Positions 10,027 to 20,117 are shown, counted from the first letter of the stretch. The stretch is 64,000 nucleotides of DNA from an uncultured Clostridia bacterium (GCA_944381205.1 CALWKG010000003.1:27573-91572); one strand, 5' to 3'. Notes: generated by a model from the letters alone, not told the origin. Numbers and translations are program-made.

Positions 10027-10812
10027 ATGAACGAATATTGCCTTTCAACCGAATTTTTAACTGAGTTTGAATTAACAAAAAAAGAAGAAGCAAAAATTAA
10101 AATTTTGGTTTTGTTTGAAGAAAAATTAAAGCAAATATACTCGCAAGATTTAATGGGGCAAACTTCGCCTAATCTTGTTAAACTAGCATGTGGGCAGTTT
10201 GAAGTGGAAGAAGTTAATTTGCCTAGTTCTTATAATTTGCAAGATATAGCAAGGTCGCACGCGGGAGATTGCGATTATGTTGTTTTGTTGTATGCTTCTA
10301 CCGCTTTACTTAGGCAAAACACACTTTTAGATGCGGTGGAATACGCAACTACCAAGGGGCTTGACTATTGCAAATTGCACCACGGGGCTATTTTTAAGAC
10401 AAAAGCCCTAATAGATAATAAAATAGAGTATATGGGCGAAGCGAATTTTTTAGATAAAGAAGATTTTTATACTGTGTTTGACAATAAGTCTTGTGAGCGG
10501 GCAAGGGAGATATTAAGACAACGCATTTTAGATAACCTGATAAAAAAAGGTGTTAAAATTTATAACAAAAACACCACGTATATTGATTTTGACGTGACGA
10601 TTGAGCCGGGTGTAGAAGTTTATCCCAATAACACAATAAGGGGAAATTCTACTATATGTAGCGGGGCTTGTTTGCTGGGGAACAATATCATAACTAATAG
10701 TATCATTGGTAAAAATAGCAAGGTTGTTTTTTCTTTTATATCAAACGCAAAAGTTGCAGATAATAGTAGTGTTGGACCTTTCGTTAAAGTTGTAGATAAG
10801 GAGAAAAAATGA
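10027..10812 (+). CDS. GlmU-like protein, truncated or degenerate (no G-loop, short left-handed beta-helix)
   Basis: It occupies the position glmU has upstream of pth/mfd in Bacillota. 'YVVLLYASTALLRQNTLLDAV' resembles the GlmU 'VLVLYGDVPLI' segment. 'GVKIYNKNTTYIDFDVTIEPGVEVYPNNTIRGNSTI...' resembles the GlmU linker and first hexapeptide repeats. It is only 261 aa and lacks an 'LxxGxGTRM'-type motif. Confidence 0.5.
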   Translation: MNEYCLSTEFLTEFELTKKEEAKIKILVLFEEKLKQIYSQDLMGQTSPNLVKLACGQFEVEEVNLPSSYNLQDIARSHAGDCDYVVLLYASTALLRQNTLLDAVEYATTKGLDYCKLHHGAIFKTKALIDNKIEYMGEANFLDKEDFYTVFDNKSCERAREILRQRILDNLIKKGVKIYNKNTTYIDFDVTIEPGVEVYPNNTIRGNSTICSGACLLGNNIITNSIIGKNSKVVFSFISNAKVADNSSVGPFVKVVDKEKK

Positions 10813-11333
10813 AGTTAATTTTTGGGCTAGGTAACCCCGGTAGAGAATACGAAGGCACCTACCATAACATTGGTTTTATGGCGATTAACAAACTGGCAAA
10901 CAGGTTAGATATTTCGCTTAACAAATCTAAGTTTAATGCTATTTATGGTCAGGGCAAATATAATGACGAGATAGTTTTTTTAATAAAACCCTTAACTTAT
11001 ATGAATTTAAGCGGAAATGCGGTTGCGGATTTTGTACGGTTTTATAAGTGCAGTGATAGCGACGTGATTGTTTTTGTAGACGACATAGATTTGCCTAAGG
11101 GAGTGTCGCGTTTTCGCGAACACGGCAGTGCGGGTACTCATAATGGGCTTAAAAGCATAGTCCATTGTCTTAATAGCGAAAATTTTAAAAGGATAAAAAT
11201 TGGCGCGGGACAAGATAAAACTATGGACTTAAAAGATTATGTTTTAAGCAAAATAGATAGTGATAGTTTGGCATTAATTTCTGGCGCTATTGACGAAGGG
11301 ATAGAAAAGGTGCTAAAATTAATCGGTAAATGA
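10809..11333 (+). CDS. pth: peptidyl-tRNA hydrolase
   Basis: 'MKLIFGLGNPGREYEGTYHNIGFM' is the canonical Pth N-terminus. There is an ATGA overlap with both the upstream and the downstream gene. Confidence 0.9.
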   Translation: MKLIFGLGNPGREYEGTYHNIGFMAINKLANRLDISLNKSKFNAIYGQGKYNDEIVFLIKPLTYMNLSGNAVADFVRFYKCSDSDVIVFVDDIDLPKGVSRFREHGSAGTHNGLKSIVHCLNSENFKRIKIGAGQDKTMDLKDYVLSKIDSDSLALISGAIDEGIEKVLKLIGK

Positions 11334-14300
11334 AAAATTTTGAGTTAAGAATACAGGATTTTAATCAAAATAAAAACTTAGCGATAAGCGGGCTTAATGT
11401 TGGTGAAAAGACTTTTTTGCCGTATTTTTTGTCGCTAAAAAAATGTGTGATTGTTTGTCTAAATAAAAAAGATTTGGACTTGTATAGTGAAACTCTTAAA
11501 TCCTTAAACAAAAGGGTTATTTACTTAGAAGATAAGTTGCCACTCTTGGTTACAATAAGTGAAAGGAATGCAAAAGAATTTAGCCAATATTACAAATTTG
11601 TAAGTAGGCTTGCGCAAGGAGATTACGATGTTGCCATTATTACTCCGCAGGTGTTGTTTCAAAAATTACCCAACAAAGACTATATTTTAAGTCACACTTT
11701 AACTATAAAAAAAGGTGAAAAATTGTCCGTTTTTGACATAAAAAAAACACTTGTAAATATGGGGTATATTAATAGTGATATTGTGACTAATCCCGGGGAA
11801 TTTAGCCTAAGGGGTGACGTGCTTGATGTATACGCAATAGATAGTTTGGATATTATAAGGGTGTCTTTTTTTGATGACGAAGTAGAGTACATTCACAGCC
11901 TAGACTCTACAACTTATAAAACAAGGCAAGAACTTGATATTGTAAGCATTTGTTGCAATACCTTTATAGATTTGACAAAAGAGCAAAAGGAAGACGTCAA
12001 GGCTTTAATAAAGCAGGATTTGATAAAACTTAACCTTAAAAAATCAGATAGTATGGTTAGAATAAGCGAGATAGTCAATACCCAAATTGATTATTTAGAT
12101 AACAATTTGATGAGTGTGTCTAGTGTGTTTTTCTTGCCGTATTTAGATTATTTTAATGCTTCCATTTTTGACTATTTAGACGCGCAGACGACTATTATTT
12201 TTGATGAGCCAAAATTAATTACCGATAAACTAGCAGAAATAGACGAAGACAATATAAATAGTTTCCTAACCTTGTCGTTAGGCGGGGAATTTTTGCCACG
12301 GAATATGGATTTTTATTTTAAACGCGATAAATTGCTTTCTAACATACAAGATTTTAAACTTGTGGCTTATTCTAGGCTCCTTAGCCAAAATAAAATTTTT
12401 AACCCCGATTTTGTTTTAAATTTTTCTTGCCCACACATAAAAAATTACTTTGATAATTATATTGATTTAGTAAACGACATAAAGCAATTTTTAGATAACG
12501 GCTATAATGTTGCTATAAGTGCTAGACAAGACGAAGTAAATAAAAAACTAACCACTTTTTTAAAGGATAAGGGAATTGATTTTAGGGAAACAGGTGATTT
12601 GGATTTTTCGCAAAATTCACTAATACTACTAAAAACGGGCTTTAATTTATCCTGTTATTTTGAACTAGAAAAAGTGGTTTTTATAGGCGATAATAATCTT
12701 AGCAAGACACAACTAAACACCGCTAAGCCAGTATCTTCAAAGCCGGCTTATTTGCCCGCGGTAAATGATTATGTTGTGCATGAAGTCCACGGTATAGGCA
12801 AGTGCGTAGGCATAAAAAATTTAAAAATCACCAATGTTTTTAGGGACTATATAATAATAGAGTACCGCGACCACGATTTACTTTATGTTCCGTGTGAAAA
12901 CGCGAATATGCTTTCAAAATACACTGCGGAAGGGGAAGTGAAGTGCAACAAAATAGGCGGGGCTGAATTTTATAAAACCAAGCAAAAAGTAAAAAAATCT
13001 ATTAAGCAAATGACCTTTGATTTGCTTAAAGTTTATGCCGAAAGATTAAATGCTCGCGGATTTAGGTATTCCAACGATGGTTATCTTCAAAGTGAATTTG
13101 AAAAGGCATTTCCATATACCTATACAGAAGACCAAATAAAAGCCATCAATGACATAAAGGCGGATATGGAAGGCCCACGCATTATGGATAGACTTTTGTG
13201 TGGAGATGTTGGCTTTGGCAAGACGGAAGTCGCTTTGGTTAGCGCCTATAAGGCTATTCAAGACGGAAAACAAGTGGCGATAATTTGCCCAACTACCATT
13301 TTAAGCGAACAGCACTACGCGACTGCACTTTCTCGTATGAAAAACTTTCTTGTAAACGTGCAGGTTATCAATAGGTTTAAAACAAAAAAAGAGCAAGACA
13401 AAATTTTAAATGATTTGAGTATAGGCAAAATAGATTTAATAGTTGGCACTCATAGACTACTTAGTAAAGACGTAAAATTTAAAGATTTGGGGCTTATTAT
13501 TATCGACGAAGAACAGCGATTTGGGGTAGAAGATAAGGACAAACTAAAAAGCATAAAAAAGAGTGTAGACGTGCTATCTCTTTCTGCCACTCCTATCCCA
13601 AGGACATTATATATGTCGCTAGTAGGCATAAGGGACGTAAGTTTTTTGTCTACTCCGCCTAAAATGAGAAAACTAATTAAAACCTCTGTGGTTGACTACT
13701 CGGATACGATTTTGGTCGAAGCCTGCAAAAGAGAACTATCTAGGGGTGGGCAGGTTTTGGTGGTTTATAATAAGGTTCAGTCTATTTTAAACTTTTACAA
13801 CCACTTAAAAAATCTTCTGCCCGGCATAAATATCGACTATGCTCACGGGCAAATGAATAGTCGCAGTTTGGAAGACGCAATATATAGACTGTACTCACAT
13901 TCAACTCAAATTTTGGTAAGTACAATTTTGATAGAAAACGGGGTAGACTTGCCCTTGGCTAACACTCTTTTTGTAATCGACGCAGATAAACTAGGGCTTA
14001 GCCAGTTGTATCAGTTAAGGGGCAGGATTGGGCGGAGTGATATTGAAGCTTATGCCTATTTTAGTTTTAGTAAAGACAAACTATTAACGGTGGATTCTTA
14101 TAAAAGGCTGGACGCAATTATGGAGTTTTCCAACCTTGGCAGTGGCTACCAAGTTGCTTTGCGTGACCTTCAAATTCGTGGTGCGGGCGATGTTTTGGGC
14201 AGGACTCAGCACGGGCATATGCAACAGGTGGGATTTGACCTTTATGTTAAACTGCTTAACGAAGCGGTAAAAGAGATAAAGGGCGAAAAAATCCAAGATT

Positions 14301-14749
14301 TGCGAGATATAAAAATAAATATTTCCATTAATGCCTATGTGCCAAACGATTATATTAGTTCTAATGAAAATAGGATAGAGTTTTATACCAAAGTCAGTAA
14401 AATTTCCAGTATTCAGCAGTTAAAAGACCTTTTGGCAAATACGCAAGACAGGTACGGCTCTTTGCCAAATTCTGTTATAGAGTTGTGCTACATTGGGCTA
14501 ATTAAAAATTTGGGACAAAATATTAATGCAAGTAATATTACATTAAACGACTTTGGCACCAAAATAGTTTTGTATGAAGATATGAAAGATAGCCCACTTA
14601 TCCAAAATTTGAAAGGTGGCGGGGTAGATTATGTCTTAAATTTGGATAAAATGCCAATAATAATACTAAAAAAACAGCCAGATTTGATTAAGTCGCAGGA
14701 AGCCCTTATAAATTTTCTTTTAAAATGCTCACAAATTGTCAATAAATAA
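11330..14749 (+). CDS. mfd: transcription-repair coupling factor Mfd
   Basis: 1139 aa. CarD/TRCF-type 'VVHEVHGIGK', helicase Walker A 'GDVGFGKTEVA', 'IIDEEQRFG' (DEEQ box) and 'LRGRIGRS'. The pth-mfd order is conserved. Confidence 0.92.
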   Translation: MKNFELRIQDFNQNKNLAISGLNVGEKTFLPYFLSLKKCVIVCLNKKDLDLYSETLKSLNKRVIYLEDKLPLLVTISERNAKEFSQYYKFVSRLAQGDYDVAIITPQVLFQKLPNKDYILSHTLTIKKGEKLSVFDIKKTLVNMGYINSDIVTNPGEFSLRGDVLDVYAIDSLDIIRVSFFDDEVEYIHSLDSTTYKTRQELDIVSICCNTFIDLTKEQKEDVKALIKQDLIKLNLKKSDSMVRISEIVNTQIDYLDNNLMSVSSVFFLPYLDYFNASIFDYLDAQTTIIFDEPKLITDKLAEIDEDNINSFLTLSLGGEFLPRNMDFYFKRDKLLSNIQDFKLVAYSRLLSQNKIFNPDFVLNFSCPHIKNYFDNYIDLVNDIKQFLDNGYNVAISARQDEVNKKLTTFLKDKGIDFRETGDLDFSQNSLILLKTGFNLSCYFELEKVVFIGDNNLSKTQLNTAKPVSSKPAYLPAVNDYVVHEVHGIGKCVGIKNLKITNVFRDYIIIEYRDHDLLYVPCENANMLSKYTAEGEVKCNKIGGAEFYKTKQKVKKSIKQMTFDLLKVYAERLNARGFRYSNDGYLQSEFEKAFPYTYTEDQIKAINDIKADMEGPRIMDRLLCGDVGFGKTEVALVSAYKAIQDGKQVAIICPTTILSEQHYATALSRMKNFLVNVQVINRFKTKKEQDKILNDLSIGKIDLIVGTHRLLSKDVKFKDLGLIIIDEEQRFGVEDKDKLKSIKKSVDVLSLSATPIPRTLYMSLVGIRDVSFLSTPPKMRKLIKTSVVDYSDTILVEACKRELSRGGQVLVVYNKVQSILNFYNHLKNLLPGINIDYAHGQMNSRSLEDAIYRLYSHSTQILVSTILIENGVDLPLANTLFVIDADKLGLSQLYQLRGRIGRSDIEAYAYFSFSKDKLLTVDSYKRLDAIMEFSNLGSGYQVALRDLQIRGAGDVLGRTQHGHMQQVGFDLYVKLLNEAVKEIKGEKIQDLRDIKINISINAYVPNDYISSNENRIEFYTKVSKISSIQQLKDLLANTQDRYGSLPNSVIELCYIGLIKNLGQNINASNITLNDFGTKIVLYEDMKDSPLIQNLKGGGVDYVLNLDKMPIIILKKQPDLIKSQEALINFLLKCSQIVNK

Positions 14750-14835
14750 TTGCAATATAAATGTTTTTAATGTATAATACTTTTTGTCTAAATGGGCAAT
14801 CCTTTTTAGTGCAAAATTTAAGCGGAGTTTTAATA

Positions 14836-16578
14836 ATGAACAAAAAAAAATATGCAATACTTTTGTTAGTCTTACTATCGTGCGTTACAATCCTTACGGG
14901 CTGTAATTTGTTTTCAACTAACAACTATGTTGCGCTGTCTTCAATAGTCGCAACTAGCGGTAATATTTCTGTTACTAGGGAAGACCTTCTTAACGCATAT
15001 TACAGTAGCGGGTACTACTATAACTATGTCTATGGCTATACGCAGGAAGAAGCAATTAGAATGACTATTGACGATTTGATAGACCAAAGGTACCTACTAG
15101 ACTATATCGACTCTAACGAAAAATATGCCTTAAATAACGACAATTACAATAAGGCTATTTATGACACTTATAGTTATATGAATAGTCGTCTTCAAACAGT
15201 TGTTAACGAAGTTCGAAGCGAGTTTGGACTGACTGTGGAAGAAGTCGCCACAGACGAAGAAACCGAAGAGCCAGAGTTTGCCCCGCAGGAAAGATACCAA
15301 ACAAAGTTTGACTATGTAAACGGCAAAGTTATTTATGAAAATTACACGTCTTCTGACGAAGATGACGAAGAGACTGAATTTTACGGTAACTTTTTAAGTG
15401 TGGATAGCGCAAAGCAATACACCATTGATAACTATATCGTGACCAATCATATAAAGGGTAGTAGTAGCCACTTTAAGTCACTTGTTCAAGATAGATTTAT
15501 GACAACTTTAAAGCAGGAGCAAGCGGGTTACGGCTATAAAGATTTAAGCGACAGTGCAGTTTTAAAAAGAGAAATTGAAACCATTTTTGATGGGAATATA
15601 GACTCTCAAAAAATTGCTAGATTTCAGTATATCGTACAACGTGAAAACGGCTTTGTGTTTGACGAAGGAGAAAATAATTACGTTATAACGCAAGATTTAT
15701 TACAAGATATTGTTGACGAATACAAGACAATTTATGCTAGCAATATGGCAGAATATAGGTCAAGTTCACAGCAAAACAGGTCAAGTTATTTTATCAATGT
15801 AGCCGATAGCAGTAAAAGAGTAAATTACGTTTATTACGGCAACCCTGATGAAGAAACTCTAATTACTTGTACCCACATTCTAATAAAACTTAGTGACGAA
15901 CAATTATCTCAAATAGAAGATTTAGAAGCAAACAAATTGTATTATGGAGAAAAATTAGAAAGAGCAAAAAGAGCCATCACATCTTGGGCGAATACTTTTG
16001 CCTACGAAAGAAGCCTAACCACAGGTGAAGTGATAGACGAAGTTGGTCTTTCGGTCGAAACTCTATTTGATAATGTTAAAAATGATGTAAATAGGCAATC
16101 TTCCTTGGAAGATAAAATAAACCAATTTAATGATTATTTGTATAGATATAATGTAGATACTGGCATAATAAATGCAAAGTACGATTACGTTGTTGGGACA
16201 AATAATAGTGCTATGGTGGATAGTTTTACCAACCTTGTAAGAGATTTGTACGACAATGGCAACGGCACTGTGGGTTCCATAAGTTATTGCTATGAAGAAA
16301 ATGATAATTACAGCGGTTATCACATTGTAATGTATACTGGTACGTTGCAAAACCTTTATTCTTCTTTGTCAGACCTTCAATCTTTAACAATACAAAATGT
16401 CTATCAAGTGCTTTCAAGTGAAAAGACATCTTTGTCTTATAACCAAACGATGTTTGAACTTATGTTTGATACGGTTGTTCAAGATAACTACGAAGAATAT
16501 GCAACTAGCATTGTAGAAACTCAAAAGAGCGGTGCAAGCATAAATTATAATGTGGGAAATTTTTCTGATTTATATTAA
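14836..16578 (+). CDS. lipoprotein, divergent PrsA/PpiC (parvulin)-like foldase candidate
   Basis: ATG 14836 has 'ggag' 8 nt upstream and gives 'MNKKKYAILLLVLLSCVTILTGC' (lipobox LTGC). Parvulin-like 'TCTHILIKL', 'MVDSFTNLV' and 'GYHIVMYTG' occur near the C-terminus. The track start 14761 adds 25 implausible residues. Confidence 0.5.
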   Translation: MNKKKYAILLLVLLSCVTILTGCNLFSTNNYVALSSIVATSGNISVTREDLLNAYYSSGYYYNYVYGYTQEEAIRMTIDDLIDQRYLLDYIDSNEKYALNNDNYNKAIYDTYSYMNSRLQTVVNEVRSEFGLTVEEVATDEETEEPEFAPQERYQTKFDYVNGKVIYENYTSSDEDDEETEFYGNFLSVDSAKQYTIDNYIVTNHIKGSSSHFKSLVQDRFMTTLKQEQAGYGYKDLSDSAVLKREIETIFDGNIDSQKIARFQYIVQRENGFVFDEGENNYVITQDLLQDIVDEYKTIYASNMAEYRSSSQQNRSSYFINVADSSKRVNYVYYGNPDEETLITCTHILIKLSDEQLSQIEDLEANKLYYGEKLERAKRAITSWANTFAYERSLTTGEVIDEVGLSVETLFDNVKNDVNRQSSLEDKINQFNDYLYRYNVDTGIINAKYDYVVGTNNSAMVDSFTNLVRDLYDNGNGTVGSISYCYEENDNYSGYHIVMYTGTLQNLYSSLSDLQSLTIQNVYQVLSSEKTSLSYNQTMFELMFDTVVQDNYEEYATSIVETQKSGASINYNVGNFSDLY

Positions 16579-16709
16579 TATCGACAATATTTAACAAAAA
16601 ATATTAAAAATAATTCATTAATTTTTAACAAATAACGATAAACTAATAGATAGTAACCTTAAAAATATTTTACTAATTTTATAAAAATATACTTAAAAAG
16701 GAGGAGAGA

Positions 16710-18101
16710 ATGTCTGATAAAGTTGTTGAAGACAAAAATGATTTGTCTTTAAAGCATAACTCTATCCCTTTTTTGAAGCATAGGTTTTATAAAAGCAGTA
16801 AATTAGTTAGGTTTTTAAGCAACTATGGCGCTAGTGTCACAGAAGATACAAAATATTTCTTTAAAGCCCCAACTTGTACAGAACTTATTGAAGAACAAAA
16901 AGAAACAGACCAAAACGTTTTAAAGCAAAGTAATATAAAGTCAAAAAAGAAGAAAAAACTTTGGAATTTTCTTTATTTTATAATAAATATTGCCGTTATT
17001 GCCATCACTTTAACGTTGCAGTTGTCTAGCGAAGAAGACCCTAGCGCGTCACTATCTGTAATTTTTGATGCAAATTGGTGGTTTATATTCGCCGCTTTTG
17101 GGGTTTTTGCTGCGGGTATGTTTTTAGACCAAATTAGGTTTCTTGAACTTATTCGTAAAGCAACTGGTGTTTTTAGGTTTAACCTTGCGTATAAGGTTTC
17201 CGCACAAGGCAAATATTATGACGTTATCACTCCGCTAAGCACGGGGGGACAGCCTTTTCAGGTGCTGTATCTTAACAGGTACGGGGTAAAAGCAGGGCAG
17301 GGTATTTCTATCGTAATGGCAAAGTATATCTTTTACCAAATAGTCTATTTTATAGGGGCATCGTACTTTTTGTTTAGAAGCACATTTTTTGCAGATATTG
17401 CGACGTCAGATTCACTTTTTTTAAGTGGTACCGCTTTAACTTTTAGTTGGGTAGGATATATATGTATTGCGGTTGTTATATTTTTGGTGGGATTCATTTC
17501 CTTTAACAAACGTGCCGGGGCGGGCTTTGTTGTAGGTATTCTTAAACTACTCAGTAAGATTAAAATAGGCAAATTTAGACTTATAAAGGACTATAAGAAA
17601 AGTTTCCAAAGTGTTATGCGTACGGTAAATACTTGGCAAAGGACAACTAAACAGTATAGCAAATCGGCTTGGATAATAATAGTCAATGTTATATGCTCGG
17701 TTTTGTATTTCTTACTAAATTACAGTATGCTTTTCTTTATCTATTGTGCGTTTGAAGGCTGGCACCCAGAAATGTGGCTAGAAATTATGTCTATGGGGGT
17801 ACTAGTAGACTTGGCATCTGCCTTTAACCCATTACCTATGGGGACAGGTACGGCAGAACTATCCTTCTCGGCACTTATTGCGGTTTTGTTTTCATCAAAC
17901 GGGGCGGCGGTTTGGGCATTGATAATTTGGAGAATTTTATATAATTATAGTTATATTATACAGGGATTCTTGTTAATTAGTTACGATTATATAATAGGAA
18001 ATAGAAGGCTAGAAAAAAATAAAGAGTTTTGGTTGCACCCAGTAAGAGAAAGAATAAAAATAAAACGTGAACAGTTTTTTAATTCCAAAAAAAACAAGTA
18101 G
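16710..18101 (+). CDS. flippase-like / lysylphosphatidylglycerol-synthase TM-region family membrane protein (UPF0104-like)
   Basis: Polytopic membrane protein with 'YYDVITPLSTGGQPFQVLYLNRYGV', which resembles the conserved loop of this family. Strong RBS 'aaaggaggagaga' before the ATG. Confidence 0.6.
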   Translation: MSDKVVEDKNDLSLKHNSIPFLKHRFYKSSKLVRFLSNYGASVTEDTKYFFKAPTCTELIEEQKETDQNVLKQSNIKSKKKKKLWNFLYFIINIAVIAITLTLQLSSEEDPSASLSVIFDANWWFIFAAFGVFAAGMFLDQIRFLELIRKATGVFRFNLAYKVSAQGKYYDVITPLSTGGQPFQVLYLNRYGVKAGQGISIVMAKYIFYQIVYFIGASYFLFRSTFFADIATSDSLFLSGTALTFSWVGYICIAVVIFLVGFISFNKRAGAGFVVGILKLLSKIKIGKFRLIKDYKKSFQSVMRTVNTWQRTTKQYSKSAWIIIVNVICSVLYFLLNYSMLFFIYCAFEGWHPEMWLEIMSMGVLVDLASAFNPLPMGTGTAELSFSALIAVLFSSNGAAVWALIIWRILYNYSYIIQGFLLISYDYIIGNRRLEKNKEFWLHPVRERIKIKREQFFNSKKNK

Positions 18102-18166
18102 TCGACAATCAATTTTGTTTATTTAAACGCATATTCTAATATAAAACTACAAATAAGACGAACTCA

Positions 18167-18194
18167 CTCGACTAATTAGTCGGGTATTTTTTTT
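18167..18194 (+). terminator. rho-independent terminator
   Basis: 'ctcgacta-at-tagtcggg' forms an 8-bp stem (one G-U pair) followed by 'tatttttttt'. It lies 66 nt after the stop at 18101. Confidence 0.6.
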
Positions 18195-18206
18195 ATGCCT
18201 TTGCTT

Positions 18207-18479
18207 AGGGGATTCTTCGCTAACGCTCAGAATGACGAAAAGTACTCAGAATGACGGATAAACCTGTGGGATTCGCTAATGCTCAGAATGACATAGTGGG
18301 TTCGGGGTGACGGGAAAAGACATATTAATTGGTAGACCTATATGCTTTCGTCATTCTGAGATTCGACCCGCAACGGTGGACTCCCGAAGAATCCCCGAGA
18401 ACTTTACAATCATTTTATCTTAGTGTTTTTTTGTCATTCTAAGATGGGCAAAAATTGCTCGGCTATCGAAGAATCTCCC
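18207..18479. repeat. cluster of >=5 hairpin repeats of the 'CGTCATTCTGAG...CGAAGAATCCC' family (mixed orientation)
   Basis: Minus-orientation copies at 18207-18238, 18245-18257 (partial) and 18268-18292. A variant 'ggggtgacggg' sits at 18304-18314. Plus-orientation long-loop copies at 18347-18396 and 18431-18479. The same family recurs at 62.86-63.86 kb. Confidence 0.7.
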
Positions 18480-18629
18480 TTTTTGAAAATGTATAATTTT
18501 TTATAATTCTTGACTTGTAAATTTGCCGTTTAATAATCTCTAAATATTTTGTTGCATATAAGAGCATTTTGTTAAAGGACTTTTGTGTTGTGTTTAAAAT
18601 TATAACACTTTGTTTATTTAATTGTTTAT

Positions 18630-19100
18630 TTGGCAATAATTAGTCGTATGAAAAAGTTTTGTATTGGTTTTATTTTGTTAGTTTGTTGTATTTGTACATA
18701 TTGTATAAGGGATAACAATAACTTTGTTTTTAGTTATTTATCAAATATTTCCAATGTGGAATATTGCTATGTCAGTAGAACAAGTGTTAATGAAGCAAAA
18801 AGCATTAAAACTGGCGGGTATACTTTTTCTTATTTTGGTGAATACGACAGCAAAATAAGGGATTTTTCGTTTCTGGAAGCGAGATTTTATGGCGATAAAA
18901 ACTTGATTATGCAAATTATTAATGATTTGTCGTTGCAAGTTTGTTTTTGCGAAGGTTTTGAGGATATATATATTGTCTATTGCTACACTCCTAATCTTAG
19001 TAAATATTGTTCGTCGCACGGGGGTAAGGTAAATGTTCAGTTTGCTTTTTGTGACGATAAAATAACTCTTGGCTATCCTATGATTTATACCGGGTATTAA
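18630..19100 (+). CDS. hypothetical secreted or membrane protein
   Basis: It is co-oriented with all neighbours. 'MKKFCIGFILLVCCICTYC' is a signal or TM-like N-terminus, and the internal ATG at 18648 is the likelier start. Candidate promoter TTGACT 18510-18515 with 'aataat' 18532-18537. I found no recognisable motif, and an antisense ORF of similar size exists. Confidence 0.4.
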   Translation: MAIISRMKKFCIGFILLVCCICTYCIRDNNNFVFSYLSNISNVEYCYVSRTSVNEAKSIKTGGYTFSYFGEYDSKIRDFSFLEARFYGDKNLIMQIINDLSLQVCFCEGFEDIYIVYCYTPNLSKYCSSHGGKVNVQFAFCDDKITLGYPMIYTGY

Positions 19101-19155
19101 ATTTTTGTTTATAAAAATTTTTCTTGTCAATAATTAGGACAAGGAGGATAAACGT

Positions 19156-19734
19156 ATGAGTGAGCAAGTAAAATACTTTTTTCACAGACACAAAAGATTA
19201 CTTTTAACTTTGGGGGCTTGCTTTATTGCGATATTATTAATTAGTATTGTAGCGGTAAAGAGTTCTCAAACAAGCAAAATAGAAGACAATGTACAAACGA
19301 CAGCGCCAACAAATATCACTTTTATTATGCCTGTGCAAGATGGGGTTATAATAAAAGATTATTCTAGCACGGCATTAAAATTTAATTCTACTTTAAAGCA
19401 ATGGGAAGCCCATAAAGCAGTAGATATTAAAGGTTCCGATAATGCCGAGGTAAAAGCCGTCTATCAGGGAGAAGTTGTCAGTGTGGAAAGTGACTACCTA
19501 AGGGGAAATGTTGTAACAATAAAGCACAGCGATAACTTGCAAACGGTGTATGCTTCGCTTGCCGACGACGTTAAGGTTAAGGTGGGTGATAAAGTTAAAC
19601 AAGGCGACGTTATCGGTATGGTTTCTACAAGTGCAAAAGGAGAATTAAACGACGGGCCACATTTGCATTTTGAAGTATTGCTAAATGGAGTAAAAGCAGA
19701 CCCAAATCTTTACCTTGAAAATTCTAATAAGTAG
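19156..19734 (+). CDS. M23-family (LytM-type) metallopeptidase with N-terminal TM anchor (SpoIIQ-like architecture)
   Basis: 'HKAVDI' (HxxxD) and 'GPHLHFEV' (HxH). Single N-terminal TM 'LLLTLGACFIAILLISIVAV'. RBS 'aaggagga'. Confidence 0.8.
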   Translation: MSEQVKYFFHRHKRLLLTLGACFIAILLISIVAVKSSQTSKIEDNVQTTAPTNITFIMPVQDGVIIKDYSSTALKFNSTLKQWEAHKAVDIKGSDNAEVKAVYQGEVVSVESDYLRGNVVTIKHSDNLQTVYASLADDVKVKVGDKVKQGDVIGMVSTSAKGELNDGPHLHFEVLLNGVKADPNLYLENSNK

Positions 19735-19886
19735 TAAAATTTGCTTTACTTAACCCGCCAAATATTATATAATTTAGTATAATTTAATAGGTAATACTGC
19801 TCTTATATATGTGAAACATTGTTTTTATTAAATTATTAACTTTTAGGGTAAAAATTTTGACTTTTTATTAATATTTGGAGGAAATT

Positions 19887-20117
19887 ATGACATTAGATAA
19901 GGTTAAAGAAATGCTAGCAAGTCAATTAAACGTGGATTTGAGTAAAATTAACGAAAATTCTAGGATTATAGAAGATTTGGGGGCGGATTCCCTTGATATG
20001 ATAGAAATGCTTATGGCTCTTGAAGAGGAGTTTAATATTACCGTTCCAGATGAAAAGGCGGAAAGTTTAAAAACTGTTGGGGATATCGCAAAGTATATTG
20101 ACTCTGTAAAAAATTAA
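19887..20117 (+). CDS. acpP: acyl carrier protein
   Basis: 'EDLGADSLDMIEMLMALEEEF' carries the DSL phosphopantetheine-attachment Ser. ATG 19887 has 'ggagg' 5 nt upstream; the track start 19875 overlaps that RBS. Confidence 0.85.
   Translation: MTLDKVKEMLASQLNVDLSKINENSRIIEDLGADSLDMIEMLMALEEEFNITVPDEKAESLKTVGDIAKYIDSVKN

Noticed and set aside
6031-17572. Antisense ORFs inside housekeeping genes (for example 6031..6225, 6484..6702, 8735..8941, 9583..9972, 11007..11213, 13046..13273, 14084..14296, 16063..16429, 16973..17572).
   Set aside because: Each is nested antisense within a CDS that has clear family motifs. They are typical spurious ORFs of AT-rich DNA.
18207-18479. The hairpin repeat clusters (here and at 62.86-63.86 kb) considered as CRISPR arrays.
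   Set aside because: Repeat spacing is irregular, orientations are mixed, repeat length is variable, spacers are not of uniform size, and there are no cas genes.
18741-19130. Minus-strand 129-aa ORF overlapping the 18630..19100 plus-strand ORF.
   Set aside because: Every supported gene in the window is on the + strand. The plus ORF has a signal-like N-terminus and a candidate promoter, while the minus ORF has neither. Both remain low-confidence.
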